Positions 28,871 through 38,818 of a stretch of DNA of 64,000 nt are shown here, piece by piece. Below the pieces are notes generated by a model. That model had not been told where the DNA came from. It ran no database searches and worked only from the letters and a program-made list of their open reading frames with translations. The DNA comes from Candidatus Woesebacteria bacterium GW2011_GWF1_31_35. Its GTDB lineage: Bacteria; Patescibacteriota; Microgenomatia; UBA8517. Made by a program: the position numbers and the translations under genes. Location of the stretch: NCBI GenBank assembly GCA_001029755.1, contig CP011214.1:365767-429766 (forward strand), in the 5' to 3' direction. The first letter of the stretch is position 1. Every line of letters starts with the position of its first letter.

Positions 28871-30118
28871 ATGTCAGACGATAAACCAGTAACCACATCT
28901 GATTTGGTTGGGAAACCAACTGAAGAAGTAAAACCAATAACAAGCGGATATTTTGCTGAAAGGCAGATTCCTGATGCTAACCTTCCAACAGAATATGTTG
29001 AAGGGGTACTCGATATTGCCCATGAAGGATCAGGACTATTACGTCCTAAAAACTTTGGTCCTAGTACTGATGATATTTATATTTCAAGCTCACAAATTAG
29101 AAGATTTAACTTTAGAGTGGGTGATTTGGTTGGAGGACAAGCAAGAAGGCCTAAAGAAAATGAAAGATATTGGGGACTTTTAAAAGTTGAAAAGATAAAT
29201 GGAGAAGATATAGAGAAATTTATGGCAGAAAAAAGAAACAATTTTGATGAACTGATGGTAATTTATCCTGATGAACAAATAAACCTTTCAACCACTGAGG
29301 ATATTTTAACTACAAGAATGATTGATTTGGTTTCTCCTGTTGGATTTGGCCAAAGAGCCTTGTTAGTTTCACCTCCCAAAGCTGGAAAGACTTGGTTAGT
29401 TAAAGATATGATTGAGGGAGTTGCTAAAAATTATCATGATAGAGTCCACTTGATGGCTGTTTTAATAGGAGAAAGACCTGAAGAAGTAACTGATATTTTA
29501 AGACATATGCAGAAGGTCACTGATGGCAAAGGAGAAGTTGCTGCATCTAATTTTGATGAATCACCAGGCGATCAAACAAGAGTGGGAGAATTAGCTCTAG
29601 AAAGAGCCAAAAGGCTTGTTGAAAACGGTCGTGATGTTGTAATACTTCTTGATTCAATTACTAGAATGGCAAGAGCATATAACCTTGCTCTTCCAACATC
29701 AGGTAGAACCTTAACTGGTGGTTTTGATCCTGTTGCACTTTTCCCTGCTAAAAAGTTTTTTGGAGCCGCTAGAAAAATTGAAGGTAAAGGATCCTTAACC
29801 ATTATTGGAACATGTTTAGTTGAAACCGGATCTAGAATGGATGACTTAATCTATGAAGAATTTAAAGGAACTGGCAACATGGAGCTACACCTTACTCGAA
29901 AACTTGCTGAGAAAAGAATTTATCCTGCAATTGATATAGGGAAATCTGGAACAAGACAAGACGAACTTCTATTTGGAAAAGAAAAACTTACAAAAGTTAA
30001 TACTTTAAGACGCATGATTGATATGATAAATGAAGACGAAAGAACAGAAACACTTCTTGGTAAGCTTATCAAAACTAAAGATAATGATGCATTTTTAGAC
30101 TCCTTAAAAACTGTTTGA
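28871..30118 (+). CDS. rho: Transcription termination factor Rho
   Basis: DIYISSSQIRRF, SPPKAGKT, GERPEEVTD and EEFKGTGNMEL. Confidence 0.97.
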   Translation: MSDDKPVTTSDLVGKPTEEVKPITSGYFAERQIPDANLPTEYVEGVLDIAHEGSGLLRPKNFGPSTDDIYISSSQIRRFNFRVGDLVGGQARRPKENERYWGLLKVEKINGEDIEKFMAEKRNNFDELMVIYPDEQINLSTTEDILTTRMIDLVSPVGFGQRALLVSPPKAGKTWLVKDMIEGVAKNYHDRVHLMAVLIGERPEEVTDILRHMQKVTDGKGEVAASNFDESPGDQTRVGELALERAKRLVENGRDVVILLDSITRMARAYNLALPTSGRTLTGGFDPVALFPAKKFFGAARKIEGKGSLTIIGTCLVETGSRMDDLIYEEFKGTGNMELHLTRKLAEKRIYPAIDIGKSGTRQDELLFGKEKLTKVNTLRRMIDMINEDERTETLLGKLIKTKDNDAFLDSLKTV

Positions 30119-30149
30119 TTTTTATTTATTGCTAATACTAACCTATTGA

Positions 30150-30190
30150 CATACCTTAGGAATTGTATTATTGTTAGTTCCTAAGGTATG
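30150..30190. promoter_or_regulatory. 13-bp perfect inverted repeat over the promoter and start codon of the ATPase gene
   Basis: CATACCTTAGGAA-N15-TTCCTAAGGTATG, overlapping TTGACA, TATTAT and the ATG. Confidence 0.65.
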
Positions 30191-31423
30191 GAATTAACCG
30201 AGTCACAAAAGAAAACGATAGAGTTACTAAATCCATGGTGGTATGGTAAAAAAGTGGAATTGGGTGTTGAGAGAACTAAATATTTATCAAATATAAATAT
30301 AATAATATCTAAGAGACAACAAATTTTATTTATTTTGGGCTCAAGAAGGGTTGGTAAAACTAGGATTTTATTACAATTTATTTATAAATTAATAAACAGT
30401 GGTGTTAATGCTAAAAAAATACTTTTTTTAAGTTTGGACAATTCAAATCTTGAAAATTTGAATTGGTATGAATATATAAGTGAATCCAAATTTCAATACG
30501 TTTTTTTAGATGAAGTACATTATTCACCAAAATGGGCCAAAGATTTAAAATCTATATACGATATACCCAATAATAATTTTAAAATAGTATGCTCAGGATC
30601 TTCAAGTAAGTTAATTGAAGATAATAAGGCTTTTTTGACAGGTAGAAGCACTAGTTTGTTGATTACACCTTTGGCTTATAATGAATTTACTAAGTTTTTT
30701 AAAAGTAATAATTTAATTAATGATTATCTATTTTATGGAGGATATCCTGAATTTGTTTTAGAAAAAGAACCCAATTATTTAAATGAATTAGTAAGAGACA
30801 TTATTGAAAAAGATATTGTTAAGATACATAAAATTAAAAATAATCAATATCTATTTGATATTTGTCAAATATTAGCTAAGCAAATAGGATTTAAAGGATC
30901 ATCTAATAAAATTTCCAGCGTTTTAAAATTAGATAATAAAACAGTAGAAAATTATATTCAATATTTAAGAGAAGTAAAACTTGTAGATCTAATCTATCAA
31001 TATTCTGACAGTTTAAATAAGAGGCTATATTCACCTAAAAAATATTATTTTAATGATTTGGGTATAAGAAATAGTTTTGCCGGCTTTAGCAATAAAGGTT
31101 CATTGGTTGAAAATGCTGTATTTTTGCAACTTGTCAAAATATATGGAATAGATAATATATTTTATTTAAGTGATACGAGAGGAAACGAAATTGACTTTGT
31201 GGTTAAATTAAAAAAAGACGAAATCTTACTAGTGGAATCAAAGTATAACAATTTACAAAGCGCGGTGGAAAATTCTCTTTCTGGTTTATTATTTAAGGAA
31301 ATTGGGGGCAAGAAAATAATGGATAGAGTTGTTGTAACTGATGGGATAGATAGTGTTTTTAAAAAGAAAAATTTGGAAGTAAAATTAATTAGTCTTGAAA
31401 AGTTTTTGACAAAAAATAATTAG
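30188..31423 (+). CDS. AAA_14 ATPase with DUF4143 C-terminal domain
   Basis: GSRRVGKT, FLDEVH, GGYPE and EIDFVV...VESK. Confidence 0.88.
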   Translation: MELTESQKKTIELLNPWWYGKKVELGVERTKYLSNINIIISKRQQILFILGSRRVGKTRILLQFIYKLINSGVNAKKILFLSLDNSNLENLNWYEYISESKFQYVFLDEVHYSPKWAKDLKSIYDIPNNNFKIVCSGSSSKLIEDNKAFLTGRSTSLLITPLAYNEFTKFFKSNNLINDYLFYGGYPEFVLEKEPNYLNELVRDIIEKDIVKIHKIKNNQYLFDICQILAKQIGFKGSSNKISSVLKLDNKTVENYIQYLREVKLVDLIYQYSDSLNKRLYSPKKYYFNDLGIRNSFAGFSNKGSLVENAVFLQLVKIYGIDNIFYLSDTRGNEIDFVVKLKKDEILLVESKYNNLQSAVENSLSGLLFKEIGGKKIMDRVVVTDGIDSVFKKKNLEVKLISLEKFLTKNN

Positions 31424-31469
31424 TCTATTTGACCGATTTCACTTCACGCGTTAAACTTGTAACTTATCT

Positions 31470-32552
31470 ATGGAAGAAATAATTCTCTTTACAGATGAGT
31501 TAAAATTATTCTTTAAAGAACTAGGATTTTTTATAACAAAAAAACTTCATCTTTCGTTATTAAGATTTGAAGAAGGGAAAGGTGTTTTTGTTACTGCTTT
31601 ATATAAACAAAGAGGAAAACTTGCAAGAAAGCTTATGCATACTGGAATGGCAGGCTTAGCTGGTGTTGGTATGATGATTGCTCCAGTTATAGCACAGGAG
31701 TTTCCAGGTAGATCTGTTAATCCTTGGGAAATAGATTCAAATCCATCAGTTCTTTCTGCAACCACTGAATCAAGTGGAATTGAAACCATAGTTTCAGAAA
31801 AGGTAAGAGATGGAATTAAACTTTATAAAGTAGAAGAAGGGGATACTGTTGCTTCAATTGCCAAAAAATTTAGTGTGGATACTGAAACCATTCGTTGGCA
31901 GAATAATATTACAAAAGACAAAATTAAAGTAGGACAAACCTTGGAAATCCTTCCTGTTATTGGTATTGCTCATAAGGTAGCTAAAGGGGATACAGTTTAT
32001 TCAATTGCTAAAAAGTATGATTCTAGTGCACAGGCAGTTGTAGATTTTCCATTTAATACTTTTAGCAACGATGAAACATTTGAACTTGCAATTGGTCAAA
32101 TAGTTATTGTTCCTGATGGAGTCAAACCTGCCGAAACAGTAGCCTTACCTCGTATAAGACAAATTACGCCTGATGCAGGTTCTGTTGTCGCATCAGGAAA
32201 TTTTGTTTGGCCTGCTAATGGAACCATATCTCAGAACTTTTCTTGGTATCATCCAGGTTTAGATATAGCTAATAGGGCAGCTCCTAATGTTTTAGCAGCT
32301 GATTCTGGAGTTGTAACCTATGCAGGATGTTTGAATTGGGGATATGGGTGTCATGTCAGAATTGATCATGGTAATGGTTATTCAACTTTGTATGCCCATT
32401 TCCAACAAATTTATGTAACTGTAGGTCAAACTGTTGGAAGAGGCTCTGCAGTAGGTAAAATGGGTTCAACGGGTCGTTCAACAGGTACACATCTTCACTT
32501 TGAGGTAGCCAAGAATGGAGTTAAATTAAGTCCATTAAGTGTATTAAAATAA
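31470..32552 (+). CDS. LysM + M23 peptidoglycan endopeptidase
   Basis: Two LysM repeats, HPGLD, YAHF and STGTHLHFE. Confidence 0.93.
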   Translation: MEEIILFTDELKLFFKELGFFITKKLHLSLLRFEEGKGVFVTALYKQRGKLARKLMHTGMAGLAGVGMMIAPVIAQEFPGRSVNPWEIDSNPSVLSATTESSGIETIVSEKVRDGIKLYKVEEGDTVASIAKKFSVDTETIRWQNNITKDKIKVGQTLEILPVIGIAHKVAKGDTVYSIAKKYDSSAQAVVDFPFNTFSNDETFELAIGQIVIVPDGVKPAETVALPRIRQITPDAGSVVASGNFVWPANGTISQNFSWYHPGLDIANRAAPNVLAADSGVVTYAGCLNWGYGCHVRIDHGNGYSTLYAHFQQIYVTVGQTVGRGSAVGKMGSTGRSTGTHLHFEVAKNGVKLSPLSVLK

Positions 32553-32572
32553 GGTAAATAATAACTATTATT

Positions 32573-32643
32573 GGGCTCGTAGTTTAATGGTAGAACACAG
32601 CATTCGCATTGCTGAAATCCGAGTTCGATTCTCGGTGAGTCCA
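32573..32643 (+). tRNA. tRNA-Ala(CGC)
   Basis: G3-U70 pair, loop TT-CGC-AT, canonical TTCGA. Confidence 0.9.
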
Positions 32644-32764
32644 CAAAAATTTATAACACAGAAATAATATACTTTATAGTAGTTTTTAAGTCAGTAACTT
32701 TTTACAAAGTAGAAAAAAATAAAATAGTTTTGAATCAAACTTAGTAGCAATCTTTGGGAGAATA

Positions 32765-33757
32765 CTAAAGTGCCAATAGAAGTGCACCTAGAATAATAAA
32801 TATTCCAAATCCAGTACCAAGAATTGTTGGCCATGATGTTCCTGCTTCTGGGAGTTGTGGCTCTGATGTTGATGTTGGTCCTTGTGCAATAGAAGTAGAT
32901 GTACTTGTTGGTGTAGCTGTTCCATTACACACACAATCTGTATCTGTAGGACAAGAAGAATTTCTACAATAACCTGAATAGCAAAATAGTCCAGAACTAC
33001 AATTACTATTTGATCCACAAGTTCCATTACAAGAGTTTGGTTGTCCTGAGGCTGTACTTGTTGCTGTAGCTGTAGCAGTTGATGTAGCAGTACTTGTAGC
33101 CGTAGTGGTAGATCCGGATGTAACAGTTGAAGTAGTGGTTGTAACAGCGGTTGGTGTCGCATTGGCTGTATTTGTAGTTGTTGCAGTTGGGATAGTAGTA
33201 CTTTCATTTGATGAAATTATTATACTTCCAGAGGAGGAATTGATAATAACATTTTGACCTTCACTTATACCTGAAATAACAGTAGTGGGATCAAAACTAA
33301 ATGTTGCGTTGCCGGAAGCAGTGTCTTTTACATTTCCATTAATTGTTAATATTTCAATAGATGAGCCAGTGATTGCATTTTCTTTATTTGCTGTATACAC
33401 AGCATAAGATATTTTCCCTGTAACATTATCAAAAGTATTAATTATTTGTGAATCAAGAGCTCCAATGTTTGTCCCTTTTTCAATTGAAGTAATTTCTACT
33501 AAATCTGGATTATAATTTAGTCTAATGTCAACACCGGTTACTTGATTTTCCCCAGTATCCATTTTGACAGAAAGGATAAAATTATCACCTGGATTTTTAT
33601 TTTGGGTTGATGGTGATATATAAACAGATGTAGCAGGAGCAGCTTTTTCTCTAATATTTTGGTTTTGTTGAACGAGAATTGTTCCAACAATAACTCCACT
33701 TATCAATATTAGAAAACCAATTATACTAAATATTATATTTCTTTTTTTATTGTTCAT
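32765..33757 (-). CDS. Cohesin-domain surface protein with Thr-rich linker, Cys-rich domain and LPEAG sorting signal
   Basis: VTGVDIRLNYNP cohesin-like strand pattern and a C-terminal LPEAG followed by a TM helix. Confidence 0.78.
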   Translation of the reverse strand: MNNKKRNIIFSIIGFLILISGVIVGTILVQQNQNIREKAAPATSVYISPSTQNKNPGDNFILSVKMDTGENQVTGVDIRLNYNPDLVEITSIEKGTNIGALDSQIINTFDNVTGKISYAVYTANKENAITGSSIEILTINGNVKDTASGNATFSFDPTTVISGISEGQNVIINSSSGSIIISSNESTTIPTATTTNTANATPTAVTTTTSTVTSGSTTTATSTATSTATATATSTASGQPNSCNGTCGSNSNCSSGLFCYSGYCRNSSCPTDTDCVCNGTATPTSTSTSIAQGPTSTSEPQLPEAGTSWPTILGTGFGIFIILGALLLAL

Positions 33758-34157
33758 AATCTAACCTAATATTTATTTTATCACTTGGTAGACTGGTAAT
33801 ACCAATGTCTGAAAGATAAACTTGGCTCTCTGTAGCAATTTTTATATTTTCAGAAGTAAAAAAATTATTTGTTTTAAATTTAAGTTTAATAATAGATTTA
33901 CTAAAATCATTAGAATTCGGCATTAACAAAAAACGCTTTGCATCCCATGTTTTTAATATTCCTTCAGAAGAATATGATATTAAATTTAAATTATTTTCAT
34001 TGTAATCCAGAAATAAATCAACAACTGTTGCCATATTTGCTTTGTCTCCCTCAAGATAAACACTAACATTAATTATATTTTTGGGATAAACCTGAAACAT
34101 TGCCAAGGCCATGACCAATACTGATAATATTTGAATTTTATATTCTTTTATACTCAT
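33747..34157 (-). CDS. Small exported protein, cohesin-like
   Basis: Signal peptide and VVDLFLDYN...IIKLKFK pattern; lies in the same operon. Confidence 0.5.
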   Translation of the reverse strand: MSIKEYKIQILSVLVMALAMFQVYPKNIINVSVYLEGDKANMATVVDLFLDYNENNLNLISYSSEGILKTWDAKRFLLMPNSNDFSKSIIKLKFKTNNFFTSENIKIATESQVYLSDIGITSLPSDKINIRLDYEQ

Positions 34158-34978
34158 ACCTCATAGTTATCTACAATTATGCCTATATCAATGATATTTA
34201 TTATATTATCCTTGTTTACATCTGCTTCTGGTTTTACAGAAGTATTGCTTCCATAATGATCAACAACTATACCAATATCTATAATATTTACTCTATTATC
34301 TCCATTAACATCTCCAATTTTATTATTACCTGTAGCAGTTGATGTTACTGTTGCAATAGCTGTGGCCGTAGATGTTGATGTAGCAGTTGAAGTAATAGTC
34401 GCAGTTGCAGTTGGTGTTGCAGTGGTTATTGATGCAATAGTTATGTTTAAAGATGTGGTTGGTTTATTTAAAACATCTGTTGTTTGTCCTAAAACAGAAA
34501 CTGCAGTATTAGCATCAAAAGATATAACTGTGGTTATTCCTTGACCAATTGCTTTAAACTTAATACTTGCTAATATACCAGTTCCGTTTTTTGGATCTGT
34601 GGGATCGCTACCCAAAACTATCTTAGCAATGGGTGGAACAATTTGACCTGGTATAAAAACTACTGGCAAATAATTTTTTGACTCAATATTTATAGCTTGT
34701 AATATATTATTATCATATTTAATTCTCAAATCTGAACCAGTGACACTCATTCCCTTTGTATCAAGATATACATCAACATAAAATTCATCATCTTTTTTAA
34801 CAATACTATTTATGCTTGTGAGTTTAAGATCAACTCCAGCTGCCTTAATTGGTGAAGTATTCTGTCTAAACTTTAGATAATAAACGCCGATAGCTAAAGT
34901 GATAAGGATAAAAACAATAGAAAGTAAAGAAATTAATACATTCTTTTTCTTGATAAAAGAGAAGATATTTCTATTCAT
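34154..34978 (-). CDS. Cohesin + dockerin membrane-anchored protein
   Basis: Cohesin-like domain and twin Ca-binding repeats GDVNGDNRVNIID / ADVNKDNIINIID. Confidence 0.85.
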   Translation of the reverse strand: MNRNIFSFIKKKNVLISLLSIVFILITLAIGVYYLKFRQNTSPIKAAGVDLKLTSINSIVKKDDEFYVDVYLDTKGMSVTGSDLRIKYDNNILQAINIESKNYLPVVFIPGQIVPPIAKIVLGSDPTDPKNGTGILASIKFKAIGQGITTVISFDANTAVSVLGQTTDVLNKPTTSLNITIASITTATPTATATITSTATSTSTATAIATVTSTATGNNKIGDVNGDNRVNIIDIGIVVDHYGSNTSVKPEADVNKDNIINIIDIGIIVDNYEV

Positions 34979-35012
34979 ATATTTAATATATAACTACGAA
35001 AATATACTATCA

Positions 35013-36740
35013 TTAGTTAAAATTTTCCACTAACACATTATAGTCAAAAATATCCACCTTACCGTTTTTGTCAATATCAGATGAAATAAAACCAGGGGAG
35101 CCATTTTTATCAAAGTTAGCAATGAAAATATAGTAATCTAAAGTATCAACTTTACCATTGTCGTCAATATCTCCTGGCAGCTGTGTGGGTATTGGAGTTG
35201 AGGTAGTTGATGAAAAAACTACAAGTGTTGCACTTCCCGGAGGAAGTGAGACTGGATATTTTGAATTGACTTTGTTTACTGGTTCATCTGTTCCAAATGT
35301 CCACGATCCGTCTTCTTTTACAGAATTTCCAGCAAAAGTGATATTTTCCCTTGAGGCATTAATTGAAGGTGCAAGCAAACGGATTGCTCGTGCTTGTGGA
35401 TATATATTTCCAGGATCAAGTGATGCTATAGTAGTGTTATAAGAGTCTCTATTAACAAGGATGATACGAAGGACATTGTCCTGAGATAAAACTGCATAGG
35501 CCCCAAGATTTGCTAAGCTTTTATCATATTCGACTTGGAGAGGGCGGGGATTTCCTTTTGTTGCTTCATGAAAAAATAACATACTATAATAGAGAGCTCC
35601 TGGTTTGTATAGTTTTGGATTCGGTCCACCTAATGTGGGGCAAAAAAGAATAGGAGCATATCCACCACATCCGCCACCATAAAAATTTATTCCAGCAACA
35701 TTATTATTGATCATCATAAATAATGTGTCTATTCCCCATAATGTTGACGCAAATGTATCGGTCACACCGACAATACCGCCTCTGCTCATTGCATTCACTT
35801 CATCAAAACGTAGAGGAATGTTTTTTTCTTTTGCAATTGTTGCGTATGCTGAAATAGTGTTATTTGTCTCTTCTGCCTTTTCTTTACTCAGCATTTTTTC
35901 AATATATTCTAGACATTCGTTTTGTTCACATACCATTGTGTTTACGTCTATACCTAGGTCTTTTGTCTTTGAAACTGGATATAAATGTACCGTGGCGAAA
36001 GAAATTTCATTTGATTCTAAAGTGATGAAATTTTTGAACCATGTTTGATTGGATATAATTGCAGGACCTGTCAGAGGGATGTCTGGTGAAATTGCGTGGA
36101 TAGCTTTTGCATAATTATCAAACTCTTGTGCGTGAATTGTACTGTTGTAGGTATCCAGTCTCAAATCTAACTCAGGAAAGCTCGTTGGTTCATTACCAAT
36201 TTCAAGAGCAAGGAGTAAATTACTACCTATTTGTTTGAAATAGGATGCTTCATTTACAATCATAGATTTTATTGTTGAATTGTAGCAACCCAAATTTAAA
36301 CCAAAGATTACAGACCAATTGACCTCTTTAGAAAATGTAAAGAGATTATCCACGTTGGCCTTAGTAAGTATTTGAGTTGGAAAAGAAGTACTAGTTTTAC
36401 AAAGATTGGGTGGTGGAGCACTTAACCAATAGGTATAATTTGTATCAGTTCCACCAAAGCGTAAAACACCCTGCCCTAATTTCTTAAGTAATTTTAGTAA
36501 TATTTGATCGTTTGAGTTATTTGGGTCAACCCCAAATAAAATCGACTTTGTTATAAAATCTTCCGAAAAACTTAAACCGAGGAAGTTAGAAGGAATTGTG
36601 TGACCTTTTATTTCAGGATGAATGGTTATTTGAATAGGATCAGATGCGCTATAAATTGTCTGTGGAATTCCTAACAAAATAAGAGCAATAATGATAATAG
36701 AAAGAAGATTATTTGATATTTGTTTTTTATAACTTCTCAT
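35013..36740 (-). CDS. GH79-like glycoside hydrolase with C-terminal dockerin
   Basis: LRFGGT, LEIGNEP (acid/base), LRFDE (nucleophile), GVTDTFASTLW; dockerin GDIDDNGKVD / SDIDKNGKVD. Confidence 0.82.
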   Translation of the reverse strand: MRSYKKQISNNLLSIIIIALILLGIPQTIYSASDPIQITIHPEIKGHTIPSNFLGLSFSEDFITKSILFGVDPNNSNDQILLKLLKKLGQGVLRFGGTDTNYTYWLSAPPPNLCKTSTSFPTQILTKANVDNLFTFSKEVNWSVIFGLNLGCYNSTIKSMIVNEASYFKQIGSNLLLALEIGNEPTSFPELDLRLDTYNSTIHAQEFDNYAKAIHAISPDIPLTGPAIISNQTWFKNFITLESNEISFATVHLYPVSKTKDLGIDVNTMVCEQNECLEYIEKMLSKEKAEETNNTISAYATIAKEKNIPLRFDEVNAMSRGGIVGVTDTFASTLWGIDTLFMMINNNVAGINFYGGGCGGYAPILFCPTLGGPNPKLYKPGALYYSMLFFHEATKGNPRPLQVEYDKSLANLGAYAVLSQDNVLRIILVNRDSYNTTIASLDPGNIYPQARAIRLLAPSINASRENITFAGNSVKEDGSWTFGTDEPVNKVNSKYPVSLPPGSATLVVFSSTTSTPIPTQLPGDIDDNGKVDTLDYYIFIANFDKNGSPGFISSDIDKNGKVDIFDYNVLVENFN

Positions 36741-36835
36741 AAATTCATTATACAGAAAATTAAAATATATTTTTTCAAAGGATTTTCAATTAAGGGATGA
36801 TATGTGTTAATACTTGGGTAAGAAGTTAATATAAT

Positions 36836-38680
36836 TTATTCAGTAGCAGGGACTTCTGTCGGAATACCTGTAGCAGGAATTTCAATAGGAGGTACTATTA
36901 CTGGTGATGGAGAAGACTGTGGAGGAGTTAACCCTTCAATTGCTTCGAGTTCTTTCTTGGCTGTTTCAAAATCTTTTGAATCTTTACCTAAAAGAGATAA
37001 TGTAAGATTCATTTGTTCTTTTGCCTTTTCTAATTGTTTATCTTCTTTATAAGCCATAGCTAAGTTATAGTGTGCATTAGCAAGATCAGGCTTTGCGACG
37101 ACTGCTAATTCAAATACTTTAGCTGCATCTGCAAATTTTCCTTGAGCATAGTAAATTCCGCCTAATTTTATTCTTAGTGTAGGATTTATTGGATCTAAAT
37201 AAATTGCTTGACTATATGATTGAATTGCAAAAGCATCAGCATCTTTTGCAAATGATGTGACACTATTATATACATCACCTAAATTTTCCCAACTAGAAGC
37301 ACTTCTAGGGTTTAGTGTTGCTGCTGCTTTAGCTTCTTGAACTGTTTGCTGTATAAGTTGAGTTAGTGTTTTTTTATCATCCTCACTTAAATTTTCAATC
37401 TTAGCCAGTGACCCTGCCAAAGCTATATCTATACTAGCTGAGACTAAATGATATCTATCAACATAAGGATTAATATTAATTGTTTTATTAATCTCTTCAT
37501 ATGCTTTAACACCATTTCCTTTAGACATTTCAGTTATTACCTTGGAAAAAGTAAATTCTGCATAGAAATATTTAAATGCAAAAAAGGAAATAAAGGCAAT
37601 TATAATTGCGAGTGGAACAGAAATAATAATAATTGGGGTTTTAGAACTAAAATTGCCTACATTTTCATGAGTCATTGTATTAAGTGCAAAAAGCAACATC
37701 ATTAATGGGAAAGCTGAAACTGGTAAAGGTAAAATTAAGGAAATTACAAAGATAATAAATAAACTTACATAAATTGGATTATTTAATTTTAATTTTCTTA
37801 ATGAGAAATAGAATATTGCCAAAAATGCCAAAAGTCCAATTATTCCTACTTCACTAAGTATTGTTAAAGGTGTATTGCTTGAAACTAAAAATCTTGATGT
37901 CCATGTATCATTTGAATTAGCTGTAATTGGTCTATATTTATTATAACTTTCTAAATAATTTGCAGGTCCAATTCCAAGTAAGGGAGATTGTTTTAGAGTA
38001 TCTATTGCAATTGACCAACTGGTAGATAATTTAGGAAGTTTAAGTGCATTGTTTTTATTAGGTAATATTTGATAAAAGGATACAAAAGTTCCAACAAGAA
38101 TTATAAAACTAGCAATTCCGTAAAATATATTTTTAGCAATTTTTTCTTTTTTGAAAACTTTATAAAAAGCAACAGGAAGAATTGCTATGTAATATGTAAA
38201 GGAAGTTATTAAATTACCAAAGGTTGAGAAATTCTTTTGAATTAAACCAACAAAAGATGCAATTTGTACTCCTGCTGCAATTAAAGTGGATAATACTAAT
38301 ACGAATTCAAGATCTTTTTTTTCTCTTTCTTGTAATTGTGTTGTAAAGAAATAAATTAATGAAGAAAGAACTATAAATGTTGCTGTTCCTGGAACAAAAA
38401 AGGCATCAAACTTATTAGGAGAAGCAATTAATCCAGAAACAATATAAATAACAGAAAATATAACAATAAAGATATCAATTTTAGAAGTAGAAAGCTTAAA
38501 ACTATTACTTGTTAAACCTCCAATTATTTTTACAATTGACAAGAGTAAAACTCCAGAAACTAATAATAATAATTTTGCCGTTTCAAAATAATTAGGAAAG
38601 ATAGGGAGTAGAAAAAGAGGGAATAAAAATATAATAGCATAAAAAATATATTTATCTAGTAACTTAATTACTTTAGTCAT
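36836..38680 (-). CDS. O-antigen-ligase-like membrane protein with C-terminal TPRs
   Basis: About 12 TM helices, PLLGIGPANY...SNTPLTILSEVGIIG and TPR helices. Confidence 0.8.
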   Translation of the reverse strand: MTKVIKLLDKYIFYAIIFLFPLFLLPIFPNYFETAKLLLLVSGVLLLSIVKIIGGLTSNSFKLSTSKIDIFIVIFSVIYIVSGLIASPNKFDAFFVPGTATFIVLSSLIYFFTTQLQEREKKDLEFVLVLSTLIAAGVQIASFVGLIQKNFSTFGNLITSFTYYIAILPVAFYKVFKKEKIAKNIFYGIASFIILVGTFVSFYQILPNKNNALKLPKLSTSWSIAIDTLKQSPLLGIGPANYLESYNKYRPITANSNDTWTSRFLVSSNTPLTILSEVGIIGLLAFLAIFYFSLRKLKLNNPIYVSLFIIFVISLILPLPVSAFPLMMLLFALNTMTHENVGNFSSKTPIIIISVPLAIIIAFISFFAFKYFYAEFTFSKVITEMSKGNGVKAYEEINKTININPYVDRYHLVSASIDIALAGSLAKIENLSEDDKKTLTQLIQQTVQEAKAAATLNPRSASSWENLGDVYNSVTSFAKDADAFAIQSYSQAIYLDPINPTLRIKLGGIYYAQGKFADAAKVFELAVVAKPDLANAHYNLAMAYKEDKQLEKAKEQMNLTLSLLGKDSKDFETAKKELEAIEGLTPPQSSPSPVIVPPIEIPATGIPTEVPATE

Positions 38681-38818
38681 GTTTTTTATAAAAATTTTAA
38701 GACATTTATACTATATGTAAAATATAGTGCGCATACAGTTTTTCAAATTTTTAAATATTTGTCAATATCTAATTGTTACTTTATATATAAAAGGATATCA
38801 TTTGATATATTAAAGTAT

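Noticed and set aside
33040-34440. GTAGC/GTTGC-type short repeats as a CRISPR or regulatory array
   Set aside because: They encode Thr/Ala-rich linkers. There is no repeat-spacer periodicity and no cas genes in the window.
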